From an uncultured archaeon (GTDB taxonomy: Archaea; Iainarchaeota; Iainarchaeia; Iainarchaeales; JAAZKV01): 50,509 bases of DNA. Below are positions 10,095 through 18,943 of the stretch, in pieces. The notes under the pieces are model-generated. The model was not told the DNA's origin. It worked only from the letters and a program-made list of their open reading frames with translations, and did not search any database. Within the stretch, counting starts at the first letter, position 1; each line of letters opens with the position of its first letter. Both the position numbers and the translations under genes were made by a program. The stretch lies in NCBI GenBank assembly GCA_964461205.1, contig CAYWUL010000003.1, positions 4,232-54,740 of the forward strand. Reading direction: 5' to 3'.

Positions 10095-11192
10095 TTACAC
10101 ACCCATAAAAATAAATATTATTGCGTCTCCAACAAATAAACTTATCGCATAACCAATTAACATTGTTGGAACAAAAGGCATTGAATCCTTTATTTTCATT
10201 GTTTTTCCAATCAAACCTTTCTTGGCCAATAATCTTACTTCTTTTAATTCTTCTTCATCTAAACCACGCGCTTTGTTTGCAGAAATAATTTCTTTTTTTG
10301 TAAAAGAAATGTTTTTTGCATTCGTAAGATTTTTTATTATTTTTTTGAATGACAATGGGTCTAATTCAATTACTTTTTTTCCTTTCCACGCCAAGCTTTT
10401 TGAAGGAATCATTCCTTCTTCTAATTTGCTTACGCCTATTTCTGTTGTTAATACTATCCTCAAAGACAACATGAGTTTTATTAGTCCATATAATCCAACG
10501 ATTATTATTAGTGCTCCAACTAATGCAATTGCAAAAACAAATGGATTTAATATTATTCCAAAAAAAATTAACACGATTGCGATTGTTGGTTTCTTTTTTC
10601 CAAAAAAACCAATTACAAAGAGCAAAACAATTATGCTAACTGACTCAATCAATAAATTGTTTGTTACTAATATTATTATTGAGTGTAATGAAGCAATTAT
10701 TATTGATGAATAAATTCCAAGAATAACATTTCCTTTCATTTCTTTAAAAATCTTTTTTCTTATTTCTTTGTTTTGTTTTAACTTGTATAACATTACGATT
10801 ATTCCATATGGAAGGAAGGCAATTAGTGAATAAATAAACAAACTTATTGGAAATAATGGCAAGGAAGAATTTGTTAGTGGAAAAATTTTCAGTAATGCTG
10901 GCGTAAAAGGGTTTAATGCTCCAAGCGCCATGAACAATTTTACATCTCCTCCTGCAAACACGCCTATTTTCCACAATACCCATCCAAAAAAGAATCCAAT
11001 ACACAAACCAATAATAGAAAATGCGATTGGTAAAAAAGAAGTTTCAAATATGGATTGTGTTCCAAAAATTATTAATCCAATTATTGTCATTCCAAAGTTT
11101 AGTTTGTTTGGCACTATTCTTTCTTTTAGGTCTGTGTATGTTGCTATTGTCAAACCAATTATTGATGCAATTATTGCTATGTAAAAAAACAT
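10095..11192 (-). CDS. eppA: A24-family prepilin peptidase, EppA-like
   Basis: TYTDLKERIVPN, AGGDVKL (GxGD-type aspartates) and C-terminal MPFVP. The extra TM segments are typical of EppA. Confidence 0.85.
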   Translation of the reverse strand: MFFYIAIIASIIGLTIATYTDLKERIVPNKLNFGMTIIGLIIFGTQSIFETSFLPIAFSIIGLCIGFFFGWVLWKIGVFAGGDVKLFMALGALNPFTPALLKIFPLTNSSLPLFPISLFIYSLIAFLPYGIIVMLYKLKQNKEIRKKIFKEMKGNVILGIYSSIIIASLHSIIILVTNNLLIESVSIIVLLFVIGFFGKKKPTIAIVLIFFGIILNPFVFAIALVGALIIIVGLYGLIKLMLSLRIVLTTEIGVSKLEEGMIPSKSLAWKGKKVIELDPLSFKKIIKNLTNAKNISFTKKEIISANKARGLDEEELKEVRLLAKKGLIGKTMKIKDSMPFVPTMLIGYAISLFVGDAIIFIFMGV

Positions 11193-11262
11193 TTTTTATC
11201 AATAAGATAAAGTTAATTGAACTTTAAAATCATTGCATTTTAACTCTTTTAGATATTCAAAG

Positions 11263-11439
11263 CTATTGCAGTATGTCTTCTAGCACACGGGCACGAATAG
11301 TTAGTATGTCTGCTTGTGCTTGTAATGCTAATTGTCTAACTGTTTCTAATACTGCTGCTGCTGCTATTGCTAGCATTATTGCAAACACAGCAGTTAATAA
11401 GTATTCAAAAGATACTTGTGCTCTTTCTTCAAAAAACAT
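11263..11439 (-). CDS. Small pilin, 58 aa (not in the ORF track)
   Basis: Translated by hand: MFFEERA|QVSFEYLLTAVFAIMLAIAAAAVLETVRQLALQAQADILTIRARVLEDILQ. Confidence 0.85.
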   Translation of the reverse strand: MFFEERAQVSFEYLLTAVFAIMLAIAAAAVLETVRQLALQAQADILTIRARVLEDILQ

Positions 11440-11456
11440 TTTTTATCACAATAAAA

Positions 11457-11753
11457 TTAAGGTGTACAAGTCCACTGTTCTTTTAACAAAGAATCAGTTT
11501 TTGCACAACATGTTGTTGTTCCAGTTGTCTCATCTGGGAAATAACCCTTTTCGTCGCCATAACCTAAATAACAACCACAAGATTCAGTGTTTGAATCTAG
11601 AGTGTTACAAATGTACTCGTAAGTTTCTCTGCTTCCAGAATCTTCGATTGGGTCGATTGCCCCAATCATGAATGTAACTACAATTCCAACAACGATTATT
11701 GCGGCTGCAAGTAATAATAAGTATTCAATAGCTCCCTGTGCTTTTTTGTTCAT
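11457..11753 (-). CDS. Pilin with class III signal peptide and Cys-rich head
   Basis: MNKKA|QGAIEYLLLL; six Cys in the C-terminal half. Confidence 0.88.
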   Translation of the reverse strand: MNKKAQGAIEYLLLLAAAIIVVGIVVTFMIGAIDPIEDSGSRETYEYICNTLDSNTESCGCYLGYGDEKGYFPDETTGTTTCCAKTDSLLKEQWTCTP

Positions 11754-11801
11754 AGTATTAGTAAAGAATTATTTGTATTTAAATCTTCGCATAAAATTAG
11801 G

Positions 11802-11827
11802 TAGAAAAGGCATTGCTGCCTTTTCTA
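11802..11827 (-). terminator. 11-bp perfect hairpin downstream of a pilin gene (terminator/stabiliser)
   Basis: TAGAAAAGGCA-TTGC-TGCCTTTTCTA. Confidence 0.55.
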
Positions 11828-11849
11828 TTAATAATTAATTTGTTAGCCA

Positions 11850-12104
11850 TTATCTAGCATAGCTCAAACAGAATTCAATGTCAGTGCGACCTGTACAATC
11901 TCCAGCAGCATATGTTCCACCAACAGCGTTACATCCATCAAGACATTTTAATTCATCATATGTCCCTGTAATATTTTCTGCTCCAATACTATCTGTTCCT
12001 GCTTGTGTAACGGTTACCAAAGCGATTACTACTACAGCAACAACCAAGATAGCTGCACCTATGATAAGCAAGTATTCGATTGCTCCTTGTCCTTCTCTAT
12101 CCAT
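11850..12104 (-). CDS. Pilin, candidate major pilin
   Basis: GGAGG RBS, then MDREG|QGAIEYLLII; followed by a hairpin. Confidence 0.88.
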   Translation of the reverse strand: MDREGQGAIEYLLIIGAAILVVAVVVIALVTVTQAGTDSIGAENITGTYDELKCLDGCNAVGGTYAAGDCTGRTDIEFCLSYAR

Positions 12105-12162
12105 AATTAAACCTCCGTTTACAATTATAATTATCCTAATATAGTTTTTCTTATTTTTAAAC

Positions 12163-12309
12163 CTAAGCATTTATGTCAGCTGCTTCAACAGCAGCATCTG
12201 CAGTAGAATTTGCTATGTTTTTGATAAAGAGTGAGACTATTGTTACCACTACTACTCCAGCAACTATTACTAACAAATATTCTACATTTACCTGTGCTTT
12301 TTCTTCCAT
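12163..12309 (-). CDS. Small pilin, 48 aa (not in the ORF track)
   Basis: Translated by hand: MEEKA|QVNVEYLLVIVAGVVVVTIVSLFIKNIANSTADAAVEAADINA. Directly follows the tadC stop. Confidence 0.85.
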   Translation of the reverse strand: MEEKAQVNVEYLLVIVAGVVVVTIVSLFIKNIANSTADAAVEAADINA

Positions 12310-13224
12310 TTAAAATGCCCCGCTTAGCATCATTCCTATGCCTATTGTTGCAGCATAATACATAATGAACGCAATTAATAGTAACGCTGGGATGTATATA
12401 ATGCTTTTGTTAATTTTTCCTTCTCTAATAATTCCCATCATTACTCCTGATGCAATTACTTCAATTATCAAGTATCCTTGGATTAGAATGAATATATAAT
12501 TACTTAATTCGTCAGACGCAATTATTTGTCCCTTTGTCAATGCGGATAGAGTAATGTCTGAGAATAATCCCATTATTGCTGTCACTTCTCCGAAGATGAG
12601 TGGTGCGATAAATCCTCCAGCGGCAACCATGAACATGAATTGCATTGTAGTGCTTGATTTTCTTTCTTCTTTTAATTTGTAAATATCTCTTACATCGTCA
12701 GAAATATTATCTAATATTTCTGCCAAACTAGACCCGGTTTTTATTGAATCAAGAATGATTACTATTGTTCTTCTTATTAATCTTGAATTAATTCTTTCAG
12801 AAAAACCACGCAGGGCAGTGTCAATATTTTCTCCTTCTTCTAATCTTCGCAGAGCAATTGCCATTTCTTCAGACAAGCGACCATATTCAGCATTAACAAC
12901 TTCTCTCAAAGCACTTTCGTATGTGTCTCCTGCTTTTAGTGTGTCGGCCATTTGTTTTAATGCATCACTAAAATTATTTTCTATAGAATCAATTATTGAT
13001 TCTGTTTTCAAATAAGGATAACCTAAGAATAATACTAGTGAAGCAAAGGTAAAAGCAAAAGGAAGAAGAGTTACTCCTTGTAATAAAAATAATGAAAAAG
13101 TGAATGCCCCTAAACCAATAACAACAGAAATAACAATACTAATAATTATCCAGGTTATTGCGTTGAATTTCATTCTTGAAAAAGAAACCCAATCTTCATA
13201 TTTTTTTAACAAACCTACTTCCAT
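12310..13224 (-). CDS. tadC: Type IV pilus platform protein (T2SSF, TadC/FlaJ-like)
   Basis: FSDALKQMADTLKAG, YGRLSEE, GSSLAEIL; multiple TM helices. Start taken at MEVG. Confidence 0.85.
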   Translation of the reverse strand: MEVGLLKKYEDWVSFSRMKFNAITWIIISIVISVVIGLGAFTFSLFLLQGVTLLPFAFTFASLVLFLGYPYLKTESIIDSIENNFSDALKQMADTLKAGDTYESALREVVNAEYGRLSEEMAIALRRLEEGENIDTALRGFSERINSRLIRRTIVIILDSIKTGSSLAEILDNISDDVRDIYKLKEERKSSTTMQFMFMVAAGGFIAPLIFGEVTAIMGLFSDITLSALTKGQIIASDELSNYIFILIQGYLIIEVIASGVMMGIIREGKINKSIIYIPALLLIAFIMYYAATIGIGMMLSGAF

Positions 13225-13229
13225 AAAAA

Positions 13230-14324
13230 TCACATCTTTGGTTGAGTACTCCATACAACATAAGTCATCATTGCAAAAAGAATTGGCATTCCAATAAAAT
13301 ATATCATGAACATTATTGCAGGGGTCAAAGGAATATTTCTAAATAAGTCCTGACCAGTTGCTGCGAGTGGAGAATTTCGTATTGCTCCAAGAATCATTAC
13401 TGCTACTGGTAAAACAATTCCAAGAAAAATAAATATTACTGCAAAAAAATTCATTCTTTGTGAGAAAGTACTAATCCGCGTTTTTAGGTCATCAGAAACA
13501 TCTTCTGCAATATCGTTCATTACGTTTGATAAGTTTCCTCCTATTCTCATTGCTCTTAGAATATGGTTTATTGCTGTTTTTAATGGTCTACTTTGTGTTC
13601 GTAGTGCAGTGTGTTTCAAAGCAATTGTTGTGTCTGCTCCTTCTTCTATTTCATTAATTGCTCTTGCAAATTCTTCGCTTAAAACACCGTAGTCATTGGA
13701 AGCAATTGCTTGTATTGTTTTGTACAAACCAATTCCTGCTTTTAATTCAGTTGACATGTGTCTTAAAGCAAAAGGTAATTCTAATGACACTGCATTTCCT
13801 CTTGATACTGCCTTTTGTTTTGGTATAAATAATATTATTATTGCCCCAATTGCTCCAGCTATCAAGCCAATAGATATTGCTCCAATACTCATTATTATTA
13901 TATTTTGTAAAGCCAGTCCAATAAACAGCATTGCAATAAATGCTATCAAACCAATTACTGTTGCACCAGCGCTTGTTATTGCTAAGTATTGGTTTGGGGA
14001 ATAACGCATGTTTGCTGCGTACAAATAATAACCAATTTCTTCACTAAGAGGAAAGTTTCTAAGTAAGTTTTGTATTGGTTTTAATATTTTTTTGAATTTT
14101 AAATAAAAGTTTCCCATTTTTTTTGCAAGATCGGAACCAAATTGTTCTAAATCTTCTTCACTTTCAATATCAATTCTTGAATAAGAATTATCTGAGATAA
14201 TTCCTCTTAATTCTTTTAAATTGGTGTTAACTTCTTCAAATTCTATTCCTTCTTCTCTATATTTTTTCTTCATTGTTTCGACAATTCTGTCAACCTCGCT
14301 ATCATCTATTGAATAACTAGTCAT
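13230..14324 (-). CDS. Type IV pilus platform protein (T2SSF, TadB/C-like)
   Basis: ELPFALRHMSTELKAGIGL, YGVLSEEF, GGNLSNVM. Confidence 0.87.
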   Translation of the reverse strand: MTSYSIDDSEVDRIVETMKKKYREEGIEFEEVNTNLKELRGIISDNSYSRIDIESEEDLEQFGSDLAKKMGNFYLKFKKILKPIQNLLRNFPLSEEIGYYLYAANMRYSPNQYLAITSAGATVIGLIAFIAMLFIGLALQNIIIMSIGAISIGLIAGAIGAIIILFIPKQKAVSRGNAVSLELPFALRHMSTELKAGIGLYKTIQAIASNDYGVLSEEFARAINEIEEGADTTIALKHTALRTQSRPLKTAINHILRAMRIGGNLSNVMNDIAEDVSDDLKTRISTFSQRMNFFAVIFIFLGIVLPVAVMILGAIRNSPLAATGQDLFRNIPLTPAIMFMIYFIGMPILFAMMTYVVWSTQPKM

Positions 14325-16054
14325 TCTTCTTCACCGAATTCAGTTCTTCTTTCTAAAAATTGTTTTGCTTGCTCACTAACTTCTTTTATGCTACGAATAT
14401 TTTGATCCACAAGTTTTTCTAAAAACATTTTTCTTAAATTAATTTCTGATTCTATTTTTGTTTTTGACAAACCAGTAAAACTTTCTAATTCTTTTAAGTA
14501 TTCACTTTCAAATAATGTTCTTTCAATAGTGTCTTTTACTGGGTCTCTATCAAACAAAGTTTTTGTCTTTATTTTTCCTTCTATTCCTCCAACAACTTCT
14601 GCTATCTCACTCACTCTTCTAATAGTTCCTTTTTTTCTATCATGATATCTGTGTTCTACAATAATCATATCTAATCCGGATAACATTACTTCGGGAACAT
14701 TCATTGGTGGGCTAGTCACACGTATTAATGTTTCTCGTGGGCTATTTGCGTGCACTGTCCCGAGGCACCCATCATGCCCCGTATTCACTGCAGTGAATAA
14801 GGTAAATGCTTCTTCGTGTCTTACTTCTCCGACAATTATTCTGTCAGGTCTCATTCTTAGAGAATTTTTTGCAAGTATGTCCATTTTTAGTTCTCCGGTT
14901 CCTTCTAATCCTGGCGGTCTAGCTTCTAGTCTAATCCAGTGTTTTAATGGTAAATTTAGTTCTGCTGTGTCTTCGATTGATACTATTCTTTCTCTGTCAG
15001 GAATAAATGCGGCAAGTACATTTAACAAAGTTGTTTTTCCGGAACCCGTTCCTCCCGAAATAAGCATGTTTGCTGGTTTTGCTCCTAAACCATCTACACA
15101 AATCCATAGGAATGCTGCTGCTTCGCTTGAGATTGTTCCCATCCTTATCATATCAATTATTGAATAAGGATCTTCTCTGAATTTTCTTATTGTTAATGTT
15201 CCTCCACTAATACTTGCGGGAGGAATAGTTGCGTTTACTCTGCTTCCGTCTCCCAATCGTGCATCAAGTAATGGAGATGCAACATCAACTCTTCTTCCTA
15301 CTTCTCTTGCAATTTTATTTATTAGGTCTTCAATTTCTTGTTCTGAAAAAAATTCGATATTTGTTTGCATCATTTCATATTTTCTATGAAAAACATATAC
15401 TGGCGTTTTTGAACCAACAATCATGATTTCTTCTAATTGATCATCTTTTACAAGATCATCAATTAATCCGTATCCAACCATCTCTCTTACTACTGCGCTT
15501 GCATAGAATGATGTTCTTGATGGAGGAATTTTTAGAGAAGGATTGCTCTTTATTATGTCAAGAACTTTTTCTTTGTAAACAATTCTTCTTTCTTCAGCAT
15601 CTCTTATTTTGTAAGGAGCAATACTAATCAATCGTGTTGTTGCTTCTTTTATTGTATTAATTATTCTTCGCTCTGCTTGTGTCGGTCTTATTGTTGGCAC
15701 AAAATAATATTTTAATGGCTTACCCGGAATTTCATAAATAGTTGTTTTTCCATATTGTTCGATTTCAATTTTTTTTCCAGTCTCAAGTTCTTTTTCAACA
15801 AATGTTTTTTCTTTTGTTTTCATTGGTTCGATTTCAAGATCTTCCTTTATTCCAACTTTTTCTTTAAACCCCGCCATGTCTTCTTTTTTTACACTCTCAA
15901 TAGCATCTCTATTTTTTTCATCTTTGTCTTCTTTAACAACTTTTTTCTTTTCTTTTTCTTCACTAGCACTACTTTTTTCAGTGACAGATGGTTGTGTGTC
16001 GGATGACTTGGTTTTTGCTTCATTCATCATATCTTGTAAGTAATCAGTTGTCAT
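14321..16054 (-). CDS. cpaF: CpaF/TadA/VirB11-family pilus assembly ATPase
   Basis: GGTGSGKTT, IEDTAEL, LRMRPDRIIVGEVR, NTGHDG..GTVHAN; charged low-complexity N-terminus. Confidence 0.93.
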   Translation of the reverse strand: MTTDYLQDMMNEAKTKSSDTQPSVTEKSSASEEKEKKKVVKEDKDEKNRDAIESVKKEDMAGFKEKVGIKEDLEIEPMKTKEKTFVEKELETGKKIEIEQYGKTTIYEIPGKPLKYYFVPTIRPTQAERRIINTIKEATTRLISIAPYKIRDAEERRIVYKEKVLDIIKSNPSLKIPPSRTSFYASAVVREMVGYGLIDDLVKDDQLEEIMIVGSKTPVYVFHRKYEMMQTNIEFFSEQEIEDLINKIAREVGRRVDVASPLLDARLGDGSRVNATIPPASISGGTLTIRKFREDPYSIIDMIRMGTISSEAAAFLWICVDGLGAKPANMLISGGTGSGKTTLLNVLAAFIPDRERIVSIEDTAELNLPLKHWIRLEARPPGLEGTGELKMDILAKNSLRMRPDRIIVGEVRHEEAFTLFTAVNTGHDGCLGTVHANSPRETLIRVTSPPMNVPEVMLSGLDMIIVEHRYHDRKKGTIRRVSEIAEVVGGIEGKIKTKTLFDRDPVKDTIERTLFESEYLKELESFTGLSKTKIESEINLRKMFLEKLVDQNIRSIKEVSEQAKQFLERRTEFGEEE

Positions 16055-16111
16055 GCTAGAATTAGTGTATTCTTTATTTTAATTCTTTCGTAGAGCGTGT
16101 TTTTTGATTAT

Positions 16112-16172
16112 TTAGTTTTTCTTTTCTGCAATCTCTTTTTGTAGTTTTTCGATGAATTTTTCTGTTTTCCTT
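16112..16172 (-). pseudogene. Orphan thrS 3'-end fragment no. 1
   Basis: Encodes RKTEKFIEKLQKEIAEKKN*, versus intact MKTDKFIEKLQKEIKDKK*. Confidence 0.9.
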
Positions 16173-16236
16173 GGCCGATTTCGTACGGCCGGTCCGAAGA
16201 ATTTTGGTATTGCTTTTTGCAATACCAAGAAAACGA
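16173..16236 (+). repeat. Structured element copy E1
   Basis: GGCCG-ATTTCGTA-CGGCC-GGTC-CGAAG, then TTGGTATTGC-TTTTT-GCAATACCAA hairpin. Confidence 0.85.
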
Positions 16237-16311
16237 TTACTTTTTTTCTTTTATCTCTGTTAATAGGTTTTTAATGAATTTTTCTGCTTTCATTACTTCG
16301 TGTTTCCACTT
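16237..16311 (-). pseudogene. Orphan thrS 3'-end fragment no. 2
   Basis: Encodes KHEVMKAEKFIKNLLTEIKEKK*, versus intact KQEEMKTDKFIEKLQKEIKDKK*. Confidence 0.85.
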
Positions 16312-16372
16312 GGCCCGTTTCGTCAGGCCACGCCGATTGACTCATGCACTACTTACTGTAGTGCGATAGTAG
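16312..16372 (+). repeat. Structured element copy E2 (most degenerate)
   Basis: GGCCC-GTTTCGTC-AGGCC-ACGC-CGA, then GCACTAC-TTACT-GTAGTGC hairpin. Confidence 0.75.
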
Positions 16373-18103
16373 CTATTTTTTGTCTTTGATTTCTTTTTGT
16401 AGTTTTTCGATGAACTTGTCTGTTTTCATTTCTTCTTGTTTTCCTTGTCTATCTCTTATTGTAACACTCTTTGCTTTCACTTCTTTTTCTCCAACAACTA
16501 TTATGTAAGGGACTTTTTGTTTTTGCGCCTCGCGAATTCTATAACCAAGAGATTCATTTCTGTCATCTAATTTGCTTCTAATTTCTTTGTCAATTAATGT
16601 ATCGTTTAATTCTCTTGCATATTTTGCGAATGTTTCTGCAACAGGAATTATTACGATTTGCCTTGGTGCAAGCCACAACGGGAACGCGCCGCCAAAATGT
16701 TCGATTAATATTCCAACAAATCTTTCAAAGCTTCCAAATGGGGCTCTGTGAATCATTATTGGTCTGTGTTCCTTTCCATCTTTTCCAACATAATTCAAAT
16801 CAAATCTTTCTGGCAAATTATAATCTAATTGTATTGTTCCTGTTTGCCATTCTCTTCCAATAGAATCATTGATTACAATATCTGCTTTTGGACCATAGAA
16901 TGCTGCGTCTCCTTCTTCAATTGTGTATTTGATTTTTGTTTCTTTTAGAACTTCAATAATTTCTTTTGTAGCTTTTTTCCATGATTCTGTTGAACCAACA
17001 TACTTATTGCTTTTTGGATCTCGCGTTCCTATTCTTACTCTGAAATCTTTTAGTCCAAGAGTATTCATTACATGCATTACTAATTCAAAAACTCCTGCAA
17101 ATTCGCTCTTCACTTGTTCGTGTGTACAAAAAATGTGTGCGTCGTCTTGTGTGAATCCTCTTACTCTTAATAACCCACTTAATTCTCCACTCTTTTCGAA
17201 TCTATATACTGTCCCCATTTCACTTAATCTTAATGGGAGTTCGCGATAACTTCTTTTTCCTTTCATATAATATTGTATATGAAAAGGGCAATTCATTGGT
17301 TTTAATAAATATTCTTCTTCGTCAATTTTTATTGGAGAATACATCATTTCTTTATAATGTTCATAGTGCCCAGAAATTTTGAACAATTCTAATCTTCCAA
17401 TGTGTGGGGTCATTACAAAATCGTATCCTCTTTTTTGTTGTTCTTTTATTAAGAAATCTTGTAATTGCATTCTTAGCATTGTTCCGTTTGGTGTCCATAT
17501 TGGTAGGCCTTTTCCGACTTGTTCACTTATCAAATAAAGGTCAAGTTCTTTTCCAAGTTTTATATTTGAGTTTTCTTCTGCTTTTTTTCTATTAGCAATC
17601 CATTGATCTAATTCTTGTTTTGTCTTAAAACTAATTCCATATACTCTTGTTAGTTGTGCATTTTTTTCATTACCTTTCCAGTATGCGGAAGAAATTTTTA
17701 ATAATTTTACTGCTTTTATTTCGCTTGGTTTTTCTAAGTGTGGTCCCTTACAAAGATCTGTGAATGATCCGTTAGAATAAACAGTTACTTTTTTTTCACC
17801 CGCCTTTTCTAAATCATTAATCATTTCAACTTTGTATTTGTTATCTTTGAATAATTCTCTTGCTTCTTTTATTGTTTTTTCTTCACGAACCATTTTTCTG
17901 TTTTGTTTTACAATGTCCTTCATTTTCTTTTCTATTTTTATTAAATCTTCTTCTTTTATTCCTTGTTTTAATTCAAAGTCATAATGAAAACCGTTTTCTA
18001 TTGGCGGTCCGATAGCAATCGTCGCGGTTGGATAAATCTCCTTTAATGCTTCTGCAAATATGTGTGCTGTTGTGTGCCAAAATTTTTCCATTGATTTATC
18101 CAT
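16373..18103 (-). CDS. thrS: Threonine--tRNA ligase, bacterial-type, lacking the N-terminal TGS domain
   Basis: HTTAH and DLCKGPH editing domain, KPMNCPFH, LRVRGFTQDDAH, AFYGPK, IHRAPFGSFERF, anticodon-binding domain; GGAGG RBS. Confidence 0.97.
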   Translation of the reverse strand: MDKSMEKFWHTTAHIFAEALKEIYPTATIAIGPPIENGFHYDFELKQGIKEEDLIKIEKKMKDIVKQNRKMVREEKTIKEARELFKDNKYKVEMINDLEKAGEKKVTVYSNGSFTDLCKGPHLEKPSEIKAVKLLKISSAYWKGNEKNAQLTRVYGISFKTKQELDQWIANRKKAEENSNIKLGKELDLYLISEQVGKGLPIWTPNGTMLRMQLQDFLIKEQQKRGYDFVMTPHIGRLELFKISGHYEHYKEMMYSPIKIDEEEYLLKPMNCPFHIQYYMKGKRSYRELPLRLSEMGTVYRFEKSGELSGLLRVRGFTQDDAHIFCTHEQVKSEFAGVFELVMHVMNTLGLKDFRVRIGTRDPKSNKYVGSTESWKKATKEIIEVLKETKIKYTIEEGDAAFYGPKADIVINDSIGREWQTGTIQLDYNLPERFDLNYVGKDGKEHRPIMIHRAPFGSFERFVGILIEHFGGAFPLWLAPRQIVIIPVAETFAKYARELNDTLIDKEIRSKLDDRNESLGYRIREAQKQKVPYIIVVGEKEVKAKSVTIRDRQGKQEEMKTDKFIEKLQKEIKDKK

Positions 18104-18120
18104 AATTTAACCTCCAATAT

Positions 18121-18164
18121 AACAAAAATCCTGCTCGAAAACCTTTTTAAAATAGATTTTGAGC
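18121..18164 (-). promoter_or_regulatory. Putative attenuator hairpin between the leader peptide and thrS
   Basis: On the - strand: GCTC-AAAATCT...AGGTTTT-C-GAGC immediately after the leader stop, followed by AGGATTTTTGTT. Confidence 0.55.
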
Positions 18165-18221
18165 TTACGCCGTGGTCGTAGTTGTAACAGAAACAGTTTG
18201 TGAACTAGTAACTACATCCAT
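18165..18221 (-). CDS. Thr-rich leader peptide of thrS (MDVVTSSQTVSVTTTTTA)
   Basis: 18 codons with 7 Thr, including 5 consecutive (ACA ACT ACG ACC ACG); lies directly upstream of thrS. Confidence 0.8.
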   Translation of the reverse strand: MDVVTSSQTVSVTTTTTA

Positions 18222-18244
18222 AATATAATTCCAACAAATAGTTA

Positions 18245-18252
18245 TTTATAAA
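18245..18252 (-). promoter_or_regulatory. TATA box for the leader-thrS transcript
   Basis: TTTATAAA with 23 nt between it and the leader ATG, the spacing expected for a leaderless archaeal mRNA. Confidence 0.55.
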
Positions 18253-18295
18253 CTCGTTAAATTTGAATGTAATAATTTGTATAGTTTGATATTAT

Positions 18296-18408
18296 TTTAT
18301 CTCGTTGCTCTTTTGCATGGCCAATTCCGTATGGCCGGTCCGGAATACGCTTAATGTGTTACTTTCAGTGACACAACAGAGAATGTTTATCTCGTTGCTC
18401 TTTTGCAT
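18296..18408. repeat. Perfect 23-bp direct repeat (18296-18318 and 18386-18408) flanking element E3
   Basis: TTTATCTCGTTGCTCTTTTGCAT occurs twice. It spans the last codons and stop (CKRATR*) of ORF 18387-18839. Confidence 0.95.
18319..18386 (+). repeat. Structured element copy E3 (68 bp)
   Basis: GGCCA-ATTCCGTA-TGGCC-GGTC-CGGAAT, then GTGTTAC-TTTCA-GTGACAC, ending CAGAGAATGT. Confidence 0.92.
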
Positions 18409-18839
18409 CTTTCTTTTCCACAAATAGAATGAAATTCTGTACAATAAGTATTCCCGTCAACAGTTTTTTTGTATTTACAATTTTCCCAAGTAGCATTTCC
18501 ACAAAAAGTATCATTACTGCCTCTAATAACGTCTGCAATAATATTTCCATGCCGATTATCAATTTTTTGGTTTCCTCGGTGGATAATTGTTTCTTGTCTT
18601 CTTGGTATTTCTTCAACAACCGTTGAGTTTTCTTGTAAAGAATTTGTGGGTTTTTCGATTTGTGTTTCTATCCTTGATTCTTGTTGGTTGGCCCGATCTA
18701 TGGTTTCGCTTGATACTTGGTTTCCTTGAGTAGTATCAATTATTTGTCCTTGAGATCCAGAATTCTTTTTTTCTTCAAGTTTTTGTTGTATAAGTAGGTT
18801 AGTTCTTCTTGTGTCTTCAACAAAACTTTTAAAGGCCAT
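18387..18839 (-). CDS. Hypothetical protein with a polar linker and C-terminal Cys cluster
   Basis: 150-aa ORF with five Cys in the last 45 aa. Confidence 0.7.
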   Translation of the reverse strand: MAFKSFVEDTRRTNLLIQQKLEEKKNSGSQGQIIDTTQGNQVSSETIDRANQQESRIETQIEKPTNSLQENSTVVEEIPRRQETIIHRGNQKIDNRHGNIIADVIRGSNDTFCGNATWENCKYKKTVDGNTYCTEFHSICGKERCKRATR

Positions 18840-18943
18840 AATAGAACAAATTCTAAAAACAAATAAAAAGCTATTGACTAGTGGAAAATCGAATTTAAGT
18901 AATTAGTTTAAGTAATTTTTTGATTATTATTATTATTGTTATT

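Noticed and set aside
16112-16440. Diversity-generating retroelement template/variable repeat pair
   Set aside because: Differences between the thrS tails are not restricted to adenines and no reverse transcriptase is in the window.
18365-18729. Overlapping alternative ORFs (84, 65 and 86 aa)
   Set aside because: They are shadows or alternative frames of 18387-18839 with no motif support.
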